A DNA stretch of 64,000 bases from Fibrobacteria bacterium (GCA_037447435.1 JBBIGR010000028.1:1-64000); one strand, 5' to 3'; positions 51,152 through 62,207 are shown, counted from the first letter of the stretch. Made by a program: numbers and translations. Notes: generated by a model not told the origin, from the letters alone.

Positions 51152-52420
51152 ATGAAATACATTGCAGATCTTCACATCCATTCCAGGTTTTCTCGGGCAA
51201 CAAGCAGCAAACTGACGCCCGAACAGCTATGGCTTTGGGCACAAATCAAAGGCATCGGCGTCGTCGCTACGGGCGATTGCGTTCATCCGGGGTGGCTAAA
51301 AGAATTAAAGCAAAAGCTTACCCCCTGCGGAAACGGCTTTTTTTCATTAAAACCCGAGTTTCGCAAAGAGGTGGAAAACGAAGTTCCCGCCGCATGCAAA
51401 GCCGACGTCCGCTTTATTCTCTCTACCGAAATATCATCCATTTATAAAAAAACAGGGAAAGTAAGAAAAGTCCATAATGTGCTTTACATGCCCGATTTTG
51501 AAACTGCCGAAAAGCTCGCTTCGCGGCTGGAAAAAATCGGTAATATAAAATCCGACGGCAGGCCGATTTTAGGGTTGGACAGCCGCGATCTTTATGAAAT
51601 CGCCTTGTCATGCAATCCCGATTGCTTTTGCATTCCCGCCCATATTTGGACGCCATGGTTTTCGGTGCTTGGGTCCAAAAGCGGATTCAACAGCATAGAA
51701 GAATGCTTCGGAGATTTGACAAAATATATTTACGCATTGGAAACAGGGCTTTCGTCCGACCCGCTCATGAACCGGCGCGTTTCCTCGCTCGATGATTTCT
51801 ATCTGGTTTCGAATTCCGATGCCCATTCTCCTGCAAATCTCGGCAGGGAAGCCACTATTTTCGATACCGATTTTTCGTATCCGGGTTTGCTCAATTCGCT
51901 TCGGCATAAAAATGATACCGGATTTTTAGGAACCATAGAATTTTTTCCCGAAGAAGGTAAGTATCACTACGACGGCCACCGCAATTGTAAATGCAGAATG
52001 CACCCAACAGAAACCCTAAAAAACAAAGGCCTATGCCCTGTTTGCGGATCTCCCGTGACTGTCGGCGTTATGTCCCGTGTCGAAGAACTTGCCGATAAAC
52101 CCGAAGGCAAAACAGGCCAAAAATCCCGACCGTTTATCAGCGCAATTCCCCTTGCCGAAATTATCGCAGACAGCATGGATATCGGCAAAGCCTCCAAAAA
52201 AGTAGATTTAATGTATTCAACTTTAAATCAATCGCTTGGCAGTGAATTTTCGATATTAATGGATATTCCGATTGCCGATATCGAAAAAGCGGGAAATTCG
52301 CTTATTGCCCTAGGAATTCAACGTGTTAGGGAAGGAAAAGTAAATCTGTCGCCCGGATACGATGGGGAATTTGGCACTATTTCAATATTTTCGGATAAAG
52401 ATAGAAAAAAGAACGCATAA
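51152..52420 (+). CDS. Endonuclease Q family (PHP domain) protein
   Basis: ADLHIHS.FSRATS, PAHIWTPWF, SNSDAHS, GKYH.DGHR and CPVCG motifs. Confidence 0.88.
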   Translation: MKYIADLHIHSRFSRATSSKLTPEQLWLWAQIKGIGVVATGDCVHPGWLKELKQKLTPCGNGFFSLKPEFRKEVENEVPAACKADVRFILSTEISSIYKKTGKVRKVHNVLYMPDFETAEKLASRLEKIGNIKSDGRPILGLDSRDLYEIALSCNPDCFCIPAHIWTPWFSVLGSKSGFNSIEECFGDLTKYIYALETGLSSDPLMNRRVSSLDDFYLVSNSDAHSPANLGREATIFDTDFSYPGLLNSLRHKNDTGFLGTIEFFPEEGKYHYDGHRNCKCRMHPTETLKNKGLCPVCGSPVTVGVMSRVEELADKPEGKTGQKSRPFISAIPLAEIIADSMDIGKASKKVDLMYSTLNQSLGSEFSILMDIPIADIEKAGNSLIALGIQRVREGKVNLSPGYDGEFGTISIFSDKDRKKNA

Positions 52421-52471
52421 TACTTTTATTTTAAATGCGTTAATAGAACATCGCATAGTTTTAAAATTGTG

Positions 52472-53521
52472 TTATTGCATGTTTTCCAACTCGCTAATTT
52501 TTTCTGCCAGCCTCGAAAAATCAGTTATTTCTCCATCCGGCTCAAACGGTCTTTCATCTTCTATCCTATGAAACCATAAGGTCTTAAATCCAAGAGATCT
52601 TGCAACTTCAAGATTTTTTTTCCTATCATCAATAAAAACGCATTCATCTGCTTTTGCAAAACTTTTTTCAAGGAACAATTGGAAAATTTTAACGTCCGGT
52701 TTCCTTAATAAAACATCTCCGCTCACGATCGCCACGTCAAAAAAATCTATCATAAATCGTTTGCGCAAATACCTGGACCAATCGCCGACATCGTTGGAAA
52801 GCATGCCGAGTTTGTATTTCTTTTGCAGCGATTGTACGGCAGGAACAAAAGTCTTCTCCAACGTCAATATAGAATCGAGATATTCCCGTTCAATGCCAGG
52901 ATATTGTCCACCGAGACCCACGGAATCCCAAAACTGTTTGCAGGAAATATTGCCCACGCTTATTCGCACATACGAATCGATAAAAGCCTTTTTGTCCACC
53001 TTAGTATTGTGTTTATACACAAATGGCCAGAGCAAATCGCTTACATCGTCGCTGTTATTATATACCACGCCCATCGCATCGAAAACCACCCACGATAGCC
53101 CCACTTTTTTGTCCCCTTCAAAAGAAAATTTAAAAACAAACGGCGAATGCGGCGTTCCAATGGTTATTATATCGCCCTCGTCAAGTAAACATCCGTTGCC
53201 GTGGCATTTGCGAGGCCCCGCCTTGCCCTGGACAAACGTTCCGCAGGCGCTCATTCTGTCGCCGAGCTTATACCCGCCGTTTTCATTTTTGTCAATCAAT
53301 AAATGTTCCCGGGAAATATTGAGCAATTTCCCGGAGTCAATCAGATACACGTCATTATTCGGGGGAACCTTGCCTAACCGACGTTCCAAAATGTGCTGCG
53401 GCACTACATCGGTTTTATTCCGCGATTCCCGGCCTATCCTGAATGGAAATTTATTTATTTCGATTGTTTCGCCGTTTATCGACGATCGCGCTTCATCTGT
53501 TTGAGGAATTAATCGGGGCAT
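52472..53521 (-). CDS. FHA domain fused to HAD-superfamily hydrolase
   Basis: IGRE...ISREH...S.CGT FHA; VVFDAMGV, LSND, KPD and FIDD HAD motifs. Confidence 0.82.
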   Translation of the reverse strand: MPRLIPQTDEARSSINGETIEINKFPFRIGRESRNKTDVVPQHILERRLGKVPPNNDVYLIDSGKLLNISREHLLIDKNENGGYKLGDRMSACGTFVQGKAGPRKCHGNGCLLDEGDIITIGTPHSPFVFKFSFEGDKKVGLSWVVFDAMGVVYNNSDDVSDLLWPFVYKHNTKVDKKAFIDSYVRISVGNISCKQFWDSVGLGGQYPGIEREYLDSILTLEKTFVPAVQSLQKKYKLGMLSNDVGDWSRYLRKRFMIDFFDVAIVSGDVLLRKPDVKIFQLFLEKSFAKADECVFIDDRKKNLEVARSLGFKTLWFHRIEDERPFEPDGEITDFSRLAEKISELENMQ

Positions 53522-53742
53522 TCAAATAAGCCTTTTGCGTTTAGGTACCAACTCTCCTGCACAAAACATAATTATAAAATTATATCATACCTTTACGACA
53601 GAATTTTGTTAATCAAAATAGACACTATAAAACGTTTTGTGTCATTTTGAAACATTCTCCTTAATTCGATTCTTTTCTAATTCTTTAAATAACTCCTTAT
53701 AATTCTGCAAGATATATTAAATTTGCCTCCCGCAGAATACTT

Positions 53743-53758
53743 TGGCATTGCGATTGCA
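53743..53758 (+). promoter_or_regulatory. Putative sigma54 promoter of clpB
   Basis: TGGCAT-TGCGA-TTGCA ending 43 bp before the ATG. Confidence 0.6.
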
Positions 53759-53800
53759 TTATTGAAATGCGAACTTTAAACGCAATGAAAAGGAAATACT

Positions 53801-56392
53801 ATGAACCAGGAAAAATTCACCGCAAAATCCCAGGAAGCATTAAACGGCGCTCATAAAATCGCCATTGAAATGAATCATCAGGAACTGACCCCCCTTCATT
53901 TGTTTCTTGCGTTATGCATGCAGCAGGACGGGTTCGTTTCAACCATTCTCGAAAAACTCGAAATCGCCAAATCGGCGCTTCAAAATGCGGTTATTGACAA
54001 ATTGAAAAAGATTCCCGCGGTCACCGGCAGCGGGGTAACGCAAACGTATGCGTCGCGATCGTTTACCCAGGTCTTGGGCGAAGCCGAGAAAATCGCCGCG
54101 CGTATGAAAGACGAGTATGTCAGCGTGGAACACCTGTTGCTTGCGTTAATAGATAAAGACGGCGATTGCAAAACAGTCGCTTCGTCGCTCAATTTGTCCC
54201 ATGCAAAAATCCTCGAAACCTTAAAATCCGTTCGCGGCAATCAACGGGTCACGACCTCGGAACCCGAAGCAACATTCAATGCTTTGGAAAAATATTCCCG
54301 CAATCTGACGGAAATGGCGCAAAAAGGTAAACTCGATCCGGTTATCGGTCGCGATGAAGAAATTCGCCGGGTCGTTCAAATTTTATCGCGCAGAACTAAA
54401 AACAATCCCGTGCTCATCGGCGACCCCGGCGTTGGTAAAACCGCAATAGTAGAAGGTTTGGCCATTCGGATCATTCGCGGAGATGTGCCCGAAGGGCTTA
54501 AAAACAAACAACTTGCGTCGTTAGACATGGGATCGCTAATCGCCGGAGCCAAATTTAGAGGCGAATTTGAGGAAAGGCTCAAAGCTGTTTTAAAGGAAGT
54601 AATTGATTCTAATGGAAATGTGATATTATTCATCGACGAACTCCATACGGTTGTCGGAGCCGGAGCTGCGGAAGGCGCCATGGACGCAGGAAACCTTCTC
54701 AAACCCATGCTCGCCCGCGGCGAACTGCATTGCATCGGCGCCACGACCCTCGACGAATACAGAAAGCATATCGAAAAAGACAAAGCGCTTGAGCGGCGTT
54801 TTCAAACGGTTGTTGTCGATCAACCCAATGTGGAAGACACCATTTCCATTCTACGCGGACTACGCGAACGCTACGAAGTCCATCACGGCGTCAAAATCCG
54901 CGATGCCGCCCTTGTCGCCGCGGCCGTTCTTTCGGACCGCTATATTTCCGACAGATTCCTCCCCGACAAAGCAATCGACCTCATCGACGAAGCTGCCGCA
55001 GGTCTTCGCACCGAAATGGACAGCAGTCCCGTCGAGCTCGATGAAGCCACCCGGCGCCAAATGCAGCTCGAAATAGAAATTACCGGGCTTAAAAAAGAAA
55101 AAGACGCTTCGTCACGGGAGCGGCTGGAAAAACTGATGTCCGAAGTAGCGGAAATCAAGGAAAAGGTCAGGTCTTTACGCCTCAGATGGGACAATGAAAA
55201 ATTGCAAATCAACGCGCTGCAACTCATGAGGCAAAAACTCGAAAAAGCAAAGTTCGATTTGGATAACGCCCAACGCAACTACGATTTGAATACCGCGGCG
55301 CAGTTGCAACACGGCACCATCCCTCAACTCGAGAAGCAATTGCTTGATGCGGAACAAAAATTCAAAAACAGCGCCGACGCAAACAGGCTTTTAAAGGAAG
55401 AAGTCGACGAAGAGGACATCGCCGCCATCGTCGCGCGATGGACCCATATCCCGATCAGCAAACTTGTCGAAGGCGAAAAGGAAAAAATCCTTTCTTTGGC
55501 CGCGCATTTGCACGAACGGGTCATCGGCCAAAATGAGGCGGTCGAGGCGGTAGCGGATGCGGTCATACGAGGCAGAGCGGGATTAAAAGACCAGCAAAAA
55601 CCCATCGGAAGTTTCATTTTCCTCGGCCCCACCGGCGTGGGCAAAACGGAATTGGCGCGCGCCCTGGCCTACAATCTTTTCGACGACGAACATGCCATGA
55701 TCCGCATAGATATGTCGGAATACATGGAAAAACACACGGTATCGCGCCTTATCGGCGCGCCGCCCGGCTACGTGGGATATGAAGAAGGAGGCCAACTTAC
55801 CGAGGCTGTTCGACGAAGACCGTACAGCGTCATTTTATTCGATGAAATCGAAAAAGCCCATCCCGACGTTTTCAATGTTCTTTTACAAGTCCTTGATGAC
55901 GGCAGAGTTACCGATTCGCACGGCCATGTGGTCAACTTTAAAAATACCATAATAATAATGACCTCGAACATTGGCTCACAACACATTGTCGAATCGCAAG
56001 GGAAAAATCACGAAGCGATTAAATCATTGGTTCTTGGTGAATTAAAGAATTATTTCAAACCGGAATTTTTAAACAGGATCGATGAACTCGTCATTTTCGA
56101 AAGCCTTACTCAAAGTGATTTGCTGAAAATCGTTTCAATTCAAATTGCGCGTTTTGCAAAACTTCTTTCAGACAAATCCATAGATTTTACAATCACCGAT
56201 GACGCTAAAATAGTTTTAGCAACCGTCGGTTACGATCCGGTATACGGAGCGCGTCCGCTAAAACGGGCAATTCAAAGAAAACTCGAAACCCCGATTTCGC
56301 GGCTCATCGTTTCCGGTGAATTAAAAGAAGGCCAGGTTGTCGAAGTCGGCAAAGAAAAAGACGAATTGAGATTTTCGGTAAAAAACAAATAG
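53801..56392 (+). CDS. clpB: ATP-dependent chaperone ClpB
   Basis: Two AAA+ modules ([16 protein letters not shown]) with long middle coiled-coil; GARPLKR. Confidence 0.97.
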   Translation: MNQEKFTAKSQEALNGAHKIAIEMNHQELTPLHLFLALCMQQDGFVSTILEKLEIAKSALQNAVIDKLKKIPAVTGSGVTQTYASRSFTQVLGEAEKIAARMKDEYVSVEHLLLALIDKDGDCKTVASSLNLSHAKILETLKSVRGNQRVTTSEPEATFNALEKYSRNLTEMAQKGKLDPVIGRDEEIRRVVQILSRRTKNNPVLIGDPGVGKTAIVEGLAIRIIRGDVPEGLKNKQLASLDMGSLIAGAKFRGEFEERLKAVLKEVIDSNGNVILFIDELHTVVGAGAAEGAMDAGNLLKPMLARGELHCIGATTLDEYRKHIEKDKALERRFQTVVVDQPNVEDTISILRGLRERYEVHHGVKIRDAALVAAAVLSDRYISDRFLPDKAIDLIDEAAAGLRTEMDSSPVELDEATRRQMQLEIEITGLKKEKDASSRERLEKLMSEVAEIKEKVRSLRLRWDNEKLQINALQLMRQKLEKAKFDLDNAQRNYDLNTAAQLQHGTIPQLEKQLLDAEQKFKNSADANRLLKEEVDEEDIAAIVARWTHIPISKLVEGEKEKILSLAAHLHERVIGQNEAVEAVADAVIRGRAGLKDQQKPIGSFIFLGPTGVGKTELARALAYNLFDDEHAMIRIDMSEYMEKHTVSRLIGAPPGYVGYEEGGQLTEAVRRRPYSVILFDEIEKAHPDVFNVLLQVLDDGRVTDSHGHVVNFKNTIIIMTSNIGSQHIVESQGKNHEAIKSLVLGELKNYFKPEFLNRIDELVIFESLTQSDLLKIVSIQIARFAKLLSDKSIDFTITDDAKIVLATVGYDPVYGARPLKRAIQRKLETPISRLIVSGELKEGQVVEVGKEKDELRFSVKNK

Positions 56393-56406
56393 CCTTAGGG
56401 ACTTCA

Positions 56407-58308
56407 TTACCTAATTTCCCAGGGCTTTATGTACTGACCCGCGATTTGAAGATACAAATCGCCGTAATTGACCGATGGCTCGATGTAAGTGTTTTCCCAC
56501 CACTCGTTCCAGGTGTATGCCTCGATCCAATGGGGATTGGAATTTACAACTGCATCGAGCCGGGTCCTGAACAACTGGCCGTTTTGCCTGTCTTCATACC
56601 GACCGGTCCTTCCCGGGACCAACCGTTCGTCAAAGCCCGGCATCGCAGTCGCGATGTAGATCTTTGCCGCAGGGGAATCGGCGAGCACCCCGTAATACCG
56701 GACTGCGCGCCCCAGGCTGCTCGATGGAGAACTTGCCACGCCTTCGAAAATGTTAAGCGAATCGCCGGGATCGCTGTCCGAAAGAACCGCGGGATCAAGC
56801 CCTGCTGCGTGCAAACGTTGCAGAATGCGTTTCCACTTCCCGAACCCTAAAAACTGCGTGCAAAACGGCACTGCAATGGGCTTTCTATGAACCGTCAACA
56901 TTGCAGGGTTGTCGCGATACGTCGCAACCAAATAGGAAAACCAGTCATAAATCACGTTCGTATCGCGCGGCCCATTATCGCCGAGCAATTCAAAAAATAT
57001 CCCGATCTTGAAGTCTTTTTGTTGCGCAACTTTAAGAAGCAATTTCAATTTATTGTCGCTGTCGGAACCCGGACCAGCCCAGGACTCGAGAAACCCGGTA
57101 ATGCCTGCACTCTTTGCCTGGTCCATTTGCCTCGCTATTGCAAGGGTATCGCCGGAATCGTACAGCGTCGCCGGGTGATCTATGAGTTCATTGCTTGTCC
57201 AGCTGCCCATGTAATACCAGGGATAATACAGCGCCAGCCCCATTTTTGCGACCGATGCCATGGGCGCTTGCCACGCCGCAGTTGCCTTAAGAGAAGACAG
57301 GTCTATCGAAAAGGTCGTCGGCTGACTTTCGTTTACCTCTTTGATCAATTGCACCGTTGTTCCCACGACCGTATACACCCGCAGTATGATCCTGCCGGCA
57401 ACGCCTTTTTGCATTTTCATGGTGAAAAGCGTATCGAGCGCCGAAGGAAGCAGCGCGCAATCCACGGTCATCCTGGTCGTATCCCCTGCGACAAAGTTTT
57501 GATTCAATGAAAGTTGATTCGTGTTTGCCCCAATGATAACCGGCTTGCCTGCCGAGCTCATTATCCGTGTTTTAATGATTTTTACCGAATCCGCAAACGT
57601 AAGAGACGACCAATCGCTCGCATTGAGATACTCTATTCGCAACCGATAATACCGGAGCGCGGAATCCGGGGCAAGCATGAAATCGTAATTGCCGGTGTAA
57701 GACGATACGGCCTGTTGCACGGTAGTATATCCCGTCGCGCTCGCGACAAGCGTGTCTGCGACGGCCAAACTCTTTTGCAGCGTCGTACCGAAATCGGTCC
57801 TTTTATAAACCATCGTATTTGTCCGGTTATTTACAAGCGGCATTCGAAGCATGGTTTCTTCACCCGCGATCCGCACGGAAACAAAATAAAGACCGCTCGA
57901 TAATCCGATGAACGGATTCACGGAATAACCGCCTGCGCCGAGCTGCTTGTCAAGCAACACGGCGACCTGTTTCCCCTGGGTATCGAACACCCGTATGCGC
58001 ACCGGCGAATCGGTCTTCATATGCAGCGTGATGCCCCGCATATCGAATGTGAAGCTGCCGAATTGCGGATTGTCTTTTTGTATGCGAACGGCAATATTGC
58101 CCGACAGGGAATACGAACCCAACGCATCGGTGGCGGCAGAAAGGTTTGCTTTTAAAAGGCGAACCGTTGCGTTACTTATCGCCTTTGCGTCTTGAGTTTT
58201 AACCGTTCCGTTAATGGCTACGACATCCGCCGCAAATGCGGAAAATCCGCTCATACCGAGCGCAAAAGCGACCATGAAATATCGCCGTAGTCCCTTATTT
58301 AACAACAT
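56407..58308 (-). CDS. Secreted GH99-like (GH71/99) glycoside hydrolase
   Basis: Signal peptide; YYPWY, AMPGFD.R and WNEWWENTYIEPS motifs; internal CTD-like segment VFDTQGK...SSGLYFV. Confidence 0.75.
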   Translation of the reverse strand: MLLNKGLRRYFMVAFALGMSGFSAFAADVVAINGTVKTQDAKAISNATVRLLKANLSAATDALGSYSLSGNIAVRIQKDNPQFGSFTFDMRGITLHMKTDSPVRIRVFDTQGKQVAVLLDKQLGAGGYSVNPFIGLSSGLYFVSVRIAGEETMLRMPLVNNRTNTMVYKRTDFGTTLQKSLAVADTLVASATGYTTVQQAVSSYTGNYDFMLAPDSALRYYRLRIEYLNASDWSSLTFADSVKIIKTRIMSSAGKPVIIGANTNQLSLNQNFVAGDTTRMTVDCALLPSALDTLFTMKMQKGVAGRIILRVYTVVGTTVQLIKEVNESQPTTFSIDLSSLKATAAWQAPMASVAKMGLALYYPWYYMGSWTSNELIDHPATLYDSGDTLAIARQMDQAKSAGITGFLESWAGPGSDSDNKLKLLLKVAQQKDFKIGIFFELLGDNGPRDTNVIYDWFSYLVATYRDNPAMLTVHRKPIAVPFCTQFLGFGKWKRILQRLHAAGLDPAVLSDSDPGDSLNIFEGVASSPSSSLGRAVRYYGVLADSPAAKIYIATAMPGFDERLVPGRTGRYEDRQNGQLFRTRLDAVVNSNPHWIEAYTWNEWWENTYIEPSVNYGDLYLQIAGQYIKPWEIR

Positions 58309-58570
58309 AGTAACCCTCTTGTGGAAAATTTGCTTTTTGGGTTCTTTGCAAAACTTGTTTCCCGCCTCTTTTCCGTCGTGTTTATCTGCAAACCACAAAA
58401 TACTATTTCCGGTTTTTCACAATGTCGGGAAAGCACCTTTATTATATAGACCTTATAATTATTTTGCAACGATAAACAGTTTCACGTTATCGCTTCCAAA
58501 ACGCCAAACAGCCGAAACCTCATTGAGGTCCCGGCCGTTTCGACGATCAAGGATTCAATTACACGTGGCT

Positions 58571-59569
58571 CTAATCGACACGGTATCGTATTGTGTCAAT
58601 AAACAACATGGAATCCCGATAGAAAGAATCGCGCCACAGAGTATCACGATGGATTGTGTCGCGGTGGACTGTGTCGCGCCATACCGTGTCACGATAGGTG
58701 CTGTCTCGCCAAACCGAATCTTGGTACACCGAATCGCGCTTTACGGAGTCACGATGCACGGTATCTATGACAAAGGTGTCGATCGAGGTTACTTCTATAA
58801 TCCGACTTTGGCTAAGCGCCTTTACTAAAAGCGGTTCAGACCAGGCGGAAACAACAGATGGATTAAATGTGCTCCGAACTCGCGCCAACACCCGATAGGT
58901 CCCGGGATACGGAAGATATTCCGATACGACCGGTCTTCTGCAGTAAATAGTGTCGAATTTAGACCATCCCGCATAGGTATACCGCAGGAACATGACTTCA
59001 TAGTCGAACGAAGCACCGGTGACAAGCGTATCGGTTCCCATTCCCACGGCGAAATAGTATTTCCCCGAATCGGGAGCACCGGGAATGGTCGTGACAATAT
59101 AGGGTTTAGACGGAGCAACCACGCTCCCACTGTCGTCCGCAATTTCACCTTCAACAATAACATCGCCGGATACCGGTTTATGCAATTTTATGGCGACGCG
59201 AGTCACGACGAGCGGATCTATGTCGGTCGATTGCGAACCGTAATACCGTATCATATGCGCGGAGTCGTACACAAAAATCTCAAACAACCTCGTTTGTCCC
59301 ATCGGGACGCCGTGCACCGTCGTATACAAAGCGGAATCGTTGATCGTCATCGGCTGCTTTATTGAATCCATGTCTGCTCCGCTAACGGTAAGGACCGCCG
59401 ATTTGGCAACATGATTGAATTCCGGATTCGTTCTGATACTGAAAGCAACGGAAACGGTTTTTGAGGAATCGTCCTTTGAAACGGCATTCACCCCTTTGGA
59501 ACAATGTACCGTAAACATACCGACCAGCGTTGCAGAAAGCAACGGACCTATAAATGAACGCATTCTCAT
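58571..59569 (-). CDS. Lipoprotein with C-terminal pentapeptide D(S/T)xxR repeats
   Basis: SD AAGGAGG; leader ending VHC; repeat tail. Confidence 0.75.
   Translation of the reverse strand: MRMRSFIGPLLSATLVGMFTVHCSKGVNAVSKDDSSKTVSVAFSIRTNPEFNHVAKSAVLTVSGADMDSIKQPMTINDSALYTTVHGVPMGQTRLFEIFVYDSAHMIRYYGSQSTDIDPLVVTRVAIKLHKPVSGDVIVEGEIADDSGSVVAPSKPYIVTTIPGAPDSGKYYFAVGMGTDTLVTGASFDYEVMFLRYTYAGWSKFDTIYCRRPVVSEYLPYPGTYRVLARVRSTFNPSVVSAWSEPLLVKALSQSRIIEVTSIDTFVIDTVHRDSVKRDSVYQDSVWRDSTYRDTVWRDTVHRDTIHRDTLWRDSFYRDSMLFIDTIRYRVD
58601..58780 (-). repeat. Twelve degenerate 15-nt / 5-aa repeats
   Basis: DTFVI DTVHR DSVKR DSVYQ DSVWR DSTYR DTVWR DTVHR DTIHR DTLWR DSFYR DSMLF. Confidence 0.9.
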
Positions 59570-59629
59570 AAAACCTCCTTATTTCTTTGGGTTTGACGTT
59601 GCCCGGAACATAGTAAATAATGTCAAGTT

Positions 59630-60964
59630 TCAGTAAAACGGCCCTACTTTCAGCGTATCGGACCATAACGAAACTCTCGATGAATCGATCATGCTTCCGA
59701 CCTGCACGTTGATCGCGCAAACCGGTCCGCCGTGTCTTAACGTTATCCATATCGACGCGTTCCGTTGCCAGGGCGAGAAACGGACGCCCGTCGTATCCGC
59801 TATCCATCGGAACCTGTACAAAGCAGTGTCGGGATTCTCTAATGCAATGGCGCTCGTGCCCACAAAGAGCTTCATGGAGTCCGGGCCGGCGATCGAATCG
59901 AGTATCCGGGGCTGTAGCGGTCTGGAAATTGTCGATACCGCCGTCTGATTCCGTATGAAAACCGAAAGGGTCGGACCCCAACCCGAAACCGCGGTATCCC
60001 CGGCAGCCCGGCAACGCACCCTTGACGAGATATAGTACCGGCCCGGCATCGTAACGCGATAAACATAGGTATTTTGGGTAATCCAGCCGGACAATACGGG
60101 TAAAAGAGTGTCCGAAGAAATGAAAAATTGATATTCAAGGGCCGGGCTCTTGTTGCTATAGGCGCCCGAAACCGCAAACCTGACCGCAGAATCCAAAGTC
60201 TGGACCGTATCTACAAGAGAAAGCGGGATCGTGACGCCGTTTTCGATAAACCCGAGCGATCCGCTGATGACGATCATCGGAATTCCCGTCATGTCGAGCG
60301 TGTCGCCAGCCCTAATGAAAACGCCTGCCGTGTCCGTTTTCGAATGCAATGGAAGAATATCCGAAGAAGTATGATACACTATCGAAACGGTATCACCCGG
60401 AACCGAAACGCCGTATTGACCCGGTGTCTTGACCTTCAGCACCAGCGGAGTACCCTTTACCGCCAGATACCCGTTTTCAGCAAATATGGAATCGCCTATT
60501 GTAAATACCGCCACACCCGGTTTTTGCAGCGTCTCCGTTCCAAGATTGACAACGCTCGAGTTCACGGCAAGGTTTCTGTGCAAAACCATCTGCGTAACGG
60601 AATCGTTGGAAATAAAAAGGTTATAGGTTTGTTGCGGAACGTTTTCTATAGAGAATTTTCCGGCGCTATCGGCCACTGCAAGGTACTTTGCGGTGTCGGC
60701 GCCCACCACCATCGTGCCCGAAAGATCGCCGTTGCTTGTCCCCGTATCGGCTGGAGGAAGTTCGGGAAGGAAATCCGCCTTCATGAGATATACTTTGGCC
60801 CCTGATGCGGGCTTGCTTTGTGTTGTGCGAACATACCCCGCGACCGTTGAAGGATTTCCCACCTGCGACGCTCCGGCTATCTGCGTCGTACATTGACAGA
60901 TTTCGCAGACAATCGTCACGATAGCGCATACGACGGCCGTCGGCATTAAACTATGGTTTCTCAT
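59630..60964 (-). CDS. Lipoprotein with carboxypeptidase-regulatory-like domain (TIGR02147-associated)
   Basis: C....AGASQVGNP leader typical of these lipoproteins; GAKVYL...ADSAGKFSI..VP...YNL. Confidence 0.72.
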   Translation of the reverse strand: MRNHSLMPTAVVCAIVTIVCEICQCTTQIAGASQVGNPSTVAGYVRTTQSKPASGAKVYLMKADFLPELPPADTGTSNGDLSGTMVVGADTAKYLAVADSAGKFSIENVPQQTYNLFISNDSVTQMVLHRNLAVNSSVVNLGTETLQKPGVAVFTIGDSIFAENGYLAVKGTPLVLKVKTPGQYGVSVPGDTVSIVYHTSSDILPLHSKTDTAGVFIRAGDTLDMTGIPMIVISGSLGFIENGVTIPLSLVDTVQTLDSAVRFAVSGAYSNKSPALEYQFFISSDTLLPVLSGWITQNTYVYRVTMPGRYYISSRVRCRAAGDTAVSGWGPTLSVFIRNQTAVSTISRPLQPRILDSIAGPDSMKLFVGTSAIALENPDTALYRFRWIADTTGVRFSPWQRNASIWITLRHGGPVCAINVQVGSMIDSSRVSLWSDTLKVGPFY

Positions 60965-61804
60965 TAATCGGCTCGCTTGTTGGAAAGAATTGAAAATTAC
61001 AGTGATAAACCCGCTCCACGTTTTTCTCGCTTCCGGCGATTTCCATGAGCTTTTCCTGGAACTTTTGAATCTCCGCCTTGATCTTTTGAATGCCGGAGCT
61101 CGATAAACCGAGAATGAGGCACGAGATCTCACGGTCCGCAGCGGCAACCGTCTCTATGGATTGTCCGGCAAGAAACAGGTTCTGCTGATGGAAACTCTGC
61201 ACGGCCAAAGACCGGACTTCGTTGCCCGTGGTGATCACCGGATCGACTTGTTCGTACAAACCGTTGTCCTTTTTCCCAAACCGTTGTCCTTTTTCCGTAT
61301 CAGACCCAGATTTTCGAGCAACTCGACCGATTGACGGGCCTTTCTGGCGGATATCGACGGCTTTACCAATGCGCCGAGCATGCGGAAATCGTCGCCGAAC
61401 CGTACGACGCACACAAGTTCACGAATCGTATTATGGTACCAGTTTCTGTAGAAATCATATTGGTTTTGGAGTACCTGCCGCGCGGAATTTCTCTTGTTGT
61501 ACGAGAGCAGTTTTTCCATGAGGAAGTTCTGCACTTGTGAAGATGTTGCCTGGTTGAATTCCACGAGGTCCTTGAAATAGGCGAATTGCTTGTCCCCAAG
61601 CTTGAGCGACTTGTTGAGACGCTCGATCGATTCCGCGGTCAGGTTCTTTTTGCCGTCTATGACGAGCTTGATGAAGCTTTTGGACCTAAAACCCGCCTGG
61701 GAAGCGAATACCTGGAAAGAGAAATGCGGATTTCCCGATTTCTTTTCATCGTAAAAATCCTCAAGGAATTCGCGATAATCCAGATAATTGAAAATGTTCG
61801 GCAT
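60951..61804 (-). pseudogene. TIGR02147 family protein, frameshifted by a 20-bp tandem duplication
   Basis: IFNYLDYREFL.D.Y...K, WYH..IREL and VY.CNFQFFP lie in two frames; removing one repeat copy gives an 834-bp open frame. Confidence 0.88.
61257..61296. repeat. Perfect tandem duplication (CAAACCGTTGTCCTTTTTCC)x2
   Basis: 61257-61276 identical to 61277-61296. Confidence 0.95.
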
Positions 61805-62207
61805 TTTGCGCCCCGTATGTTCCTTTTGCACCTTTGCGTATGTGTAAATTATACTTCGTTCACAAAGATTTATCAACAGCGGTTTGCACAAACCGTTCTC
61901 CATGCGGAAAACGATCGTTATGTGATAAGCAATGGAAAATGGTGCAATTTCCCCAAAAGAATTGCACCGAATTGCGATCGAAACGGCGTTAACCGTGCAT
62001 GATGAGAGATTTATTAAGAAAACGGAAAGATTAGCGTGACGAAAGTGAAGGGAAAGCTTTCTTCACTTCGATTATCGGTTATAAATAAATTGTCGACAAA
62101 CCCGCACACCCTGTCGGCGAGCCTCATGCCAAAACCTTCTGATACGACATTATGTCAACCTCTATAAATAATAAAATCCGCCCGGAAGACGGCTTATTTT
62201 ATCGCAG

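Noticed and set aside
53801..56392. Clp ATPase as the T6SS ClpV/TssH
   Set aside because: Has the full ClpB middle coiled-coil and is not linked to the tss genes.
61941..61968. Inverted repeat GGTGCAATT-N10-AATTGCACC upstream of the TIGR02147 gene
   Set aside because: Plausible operator but a single 9-bp dyad with no supporting second copy.
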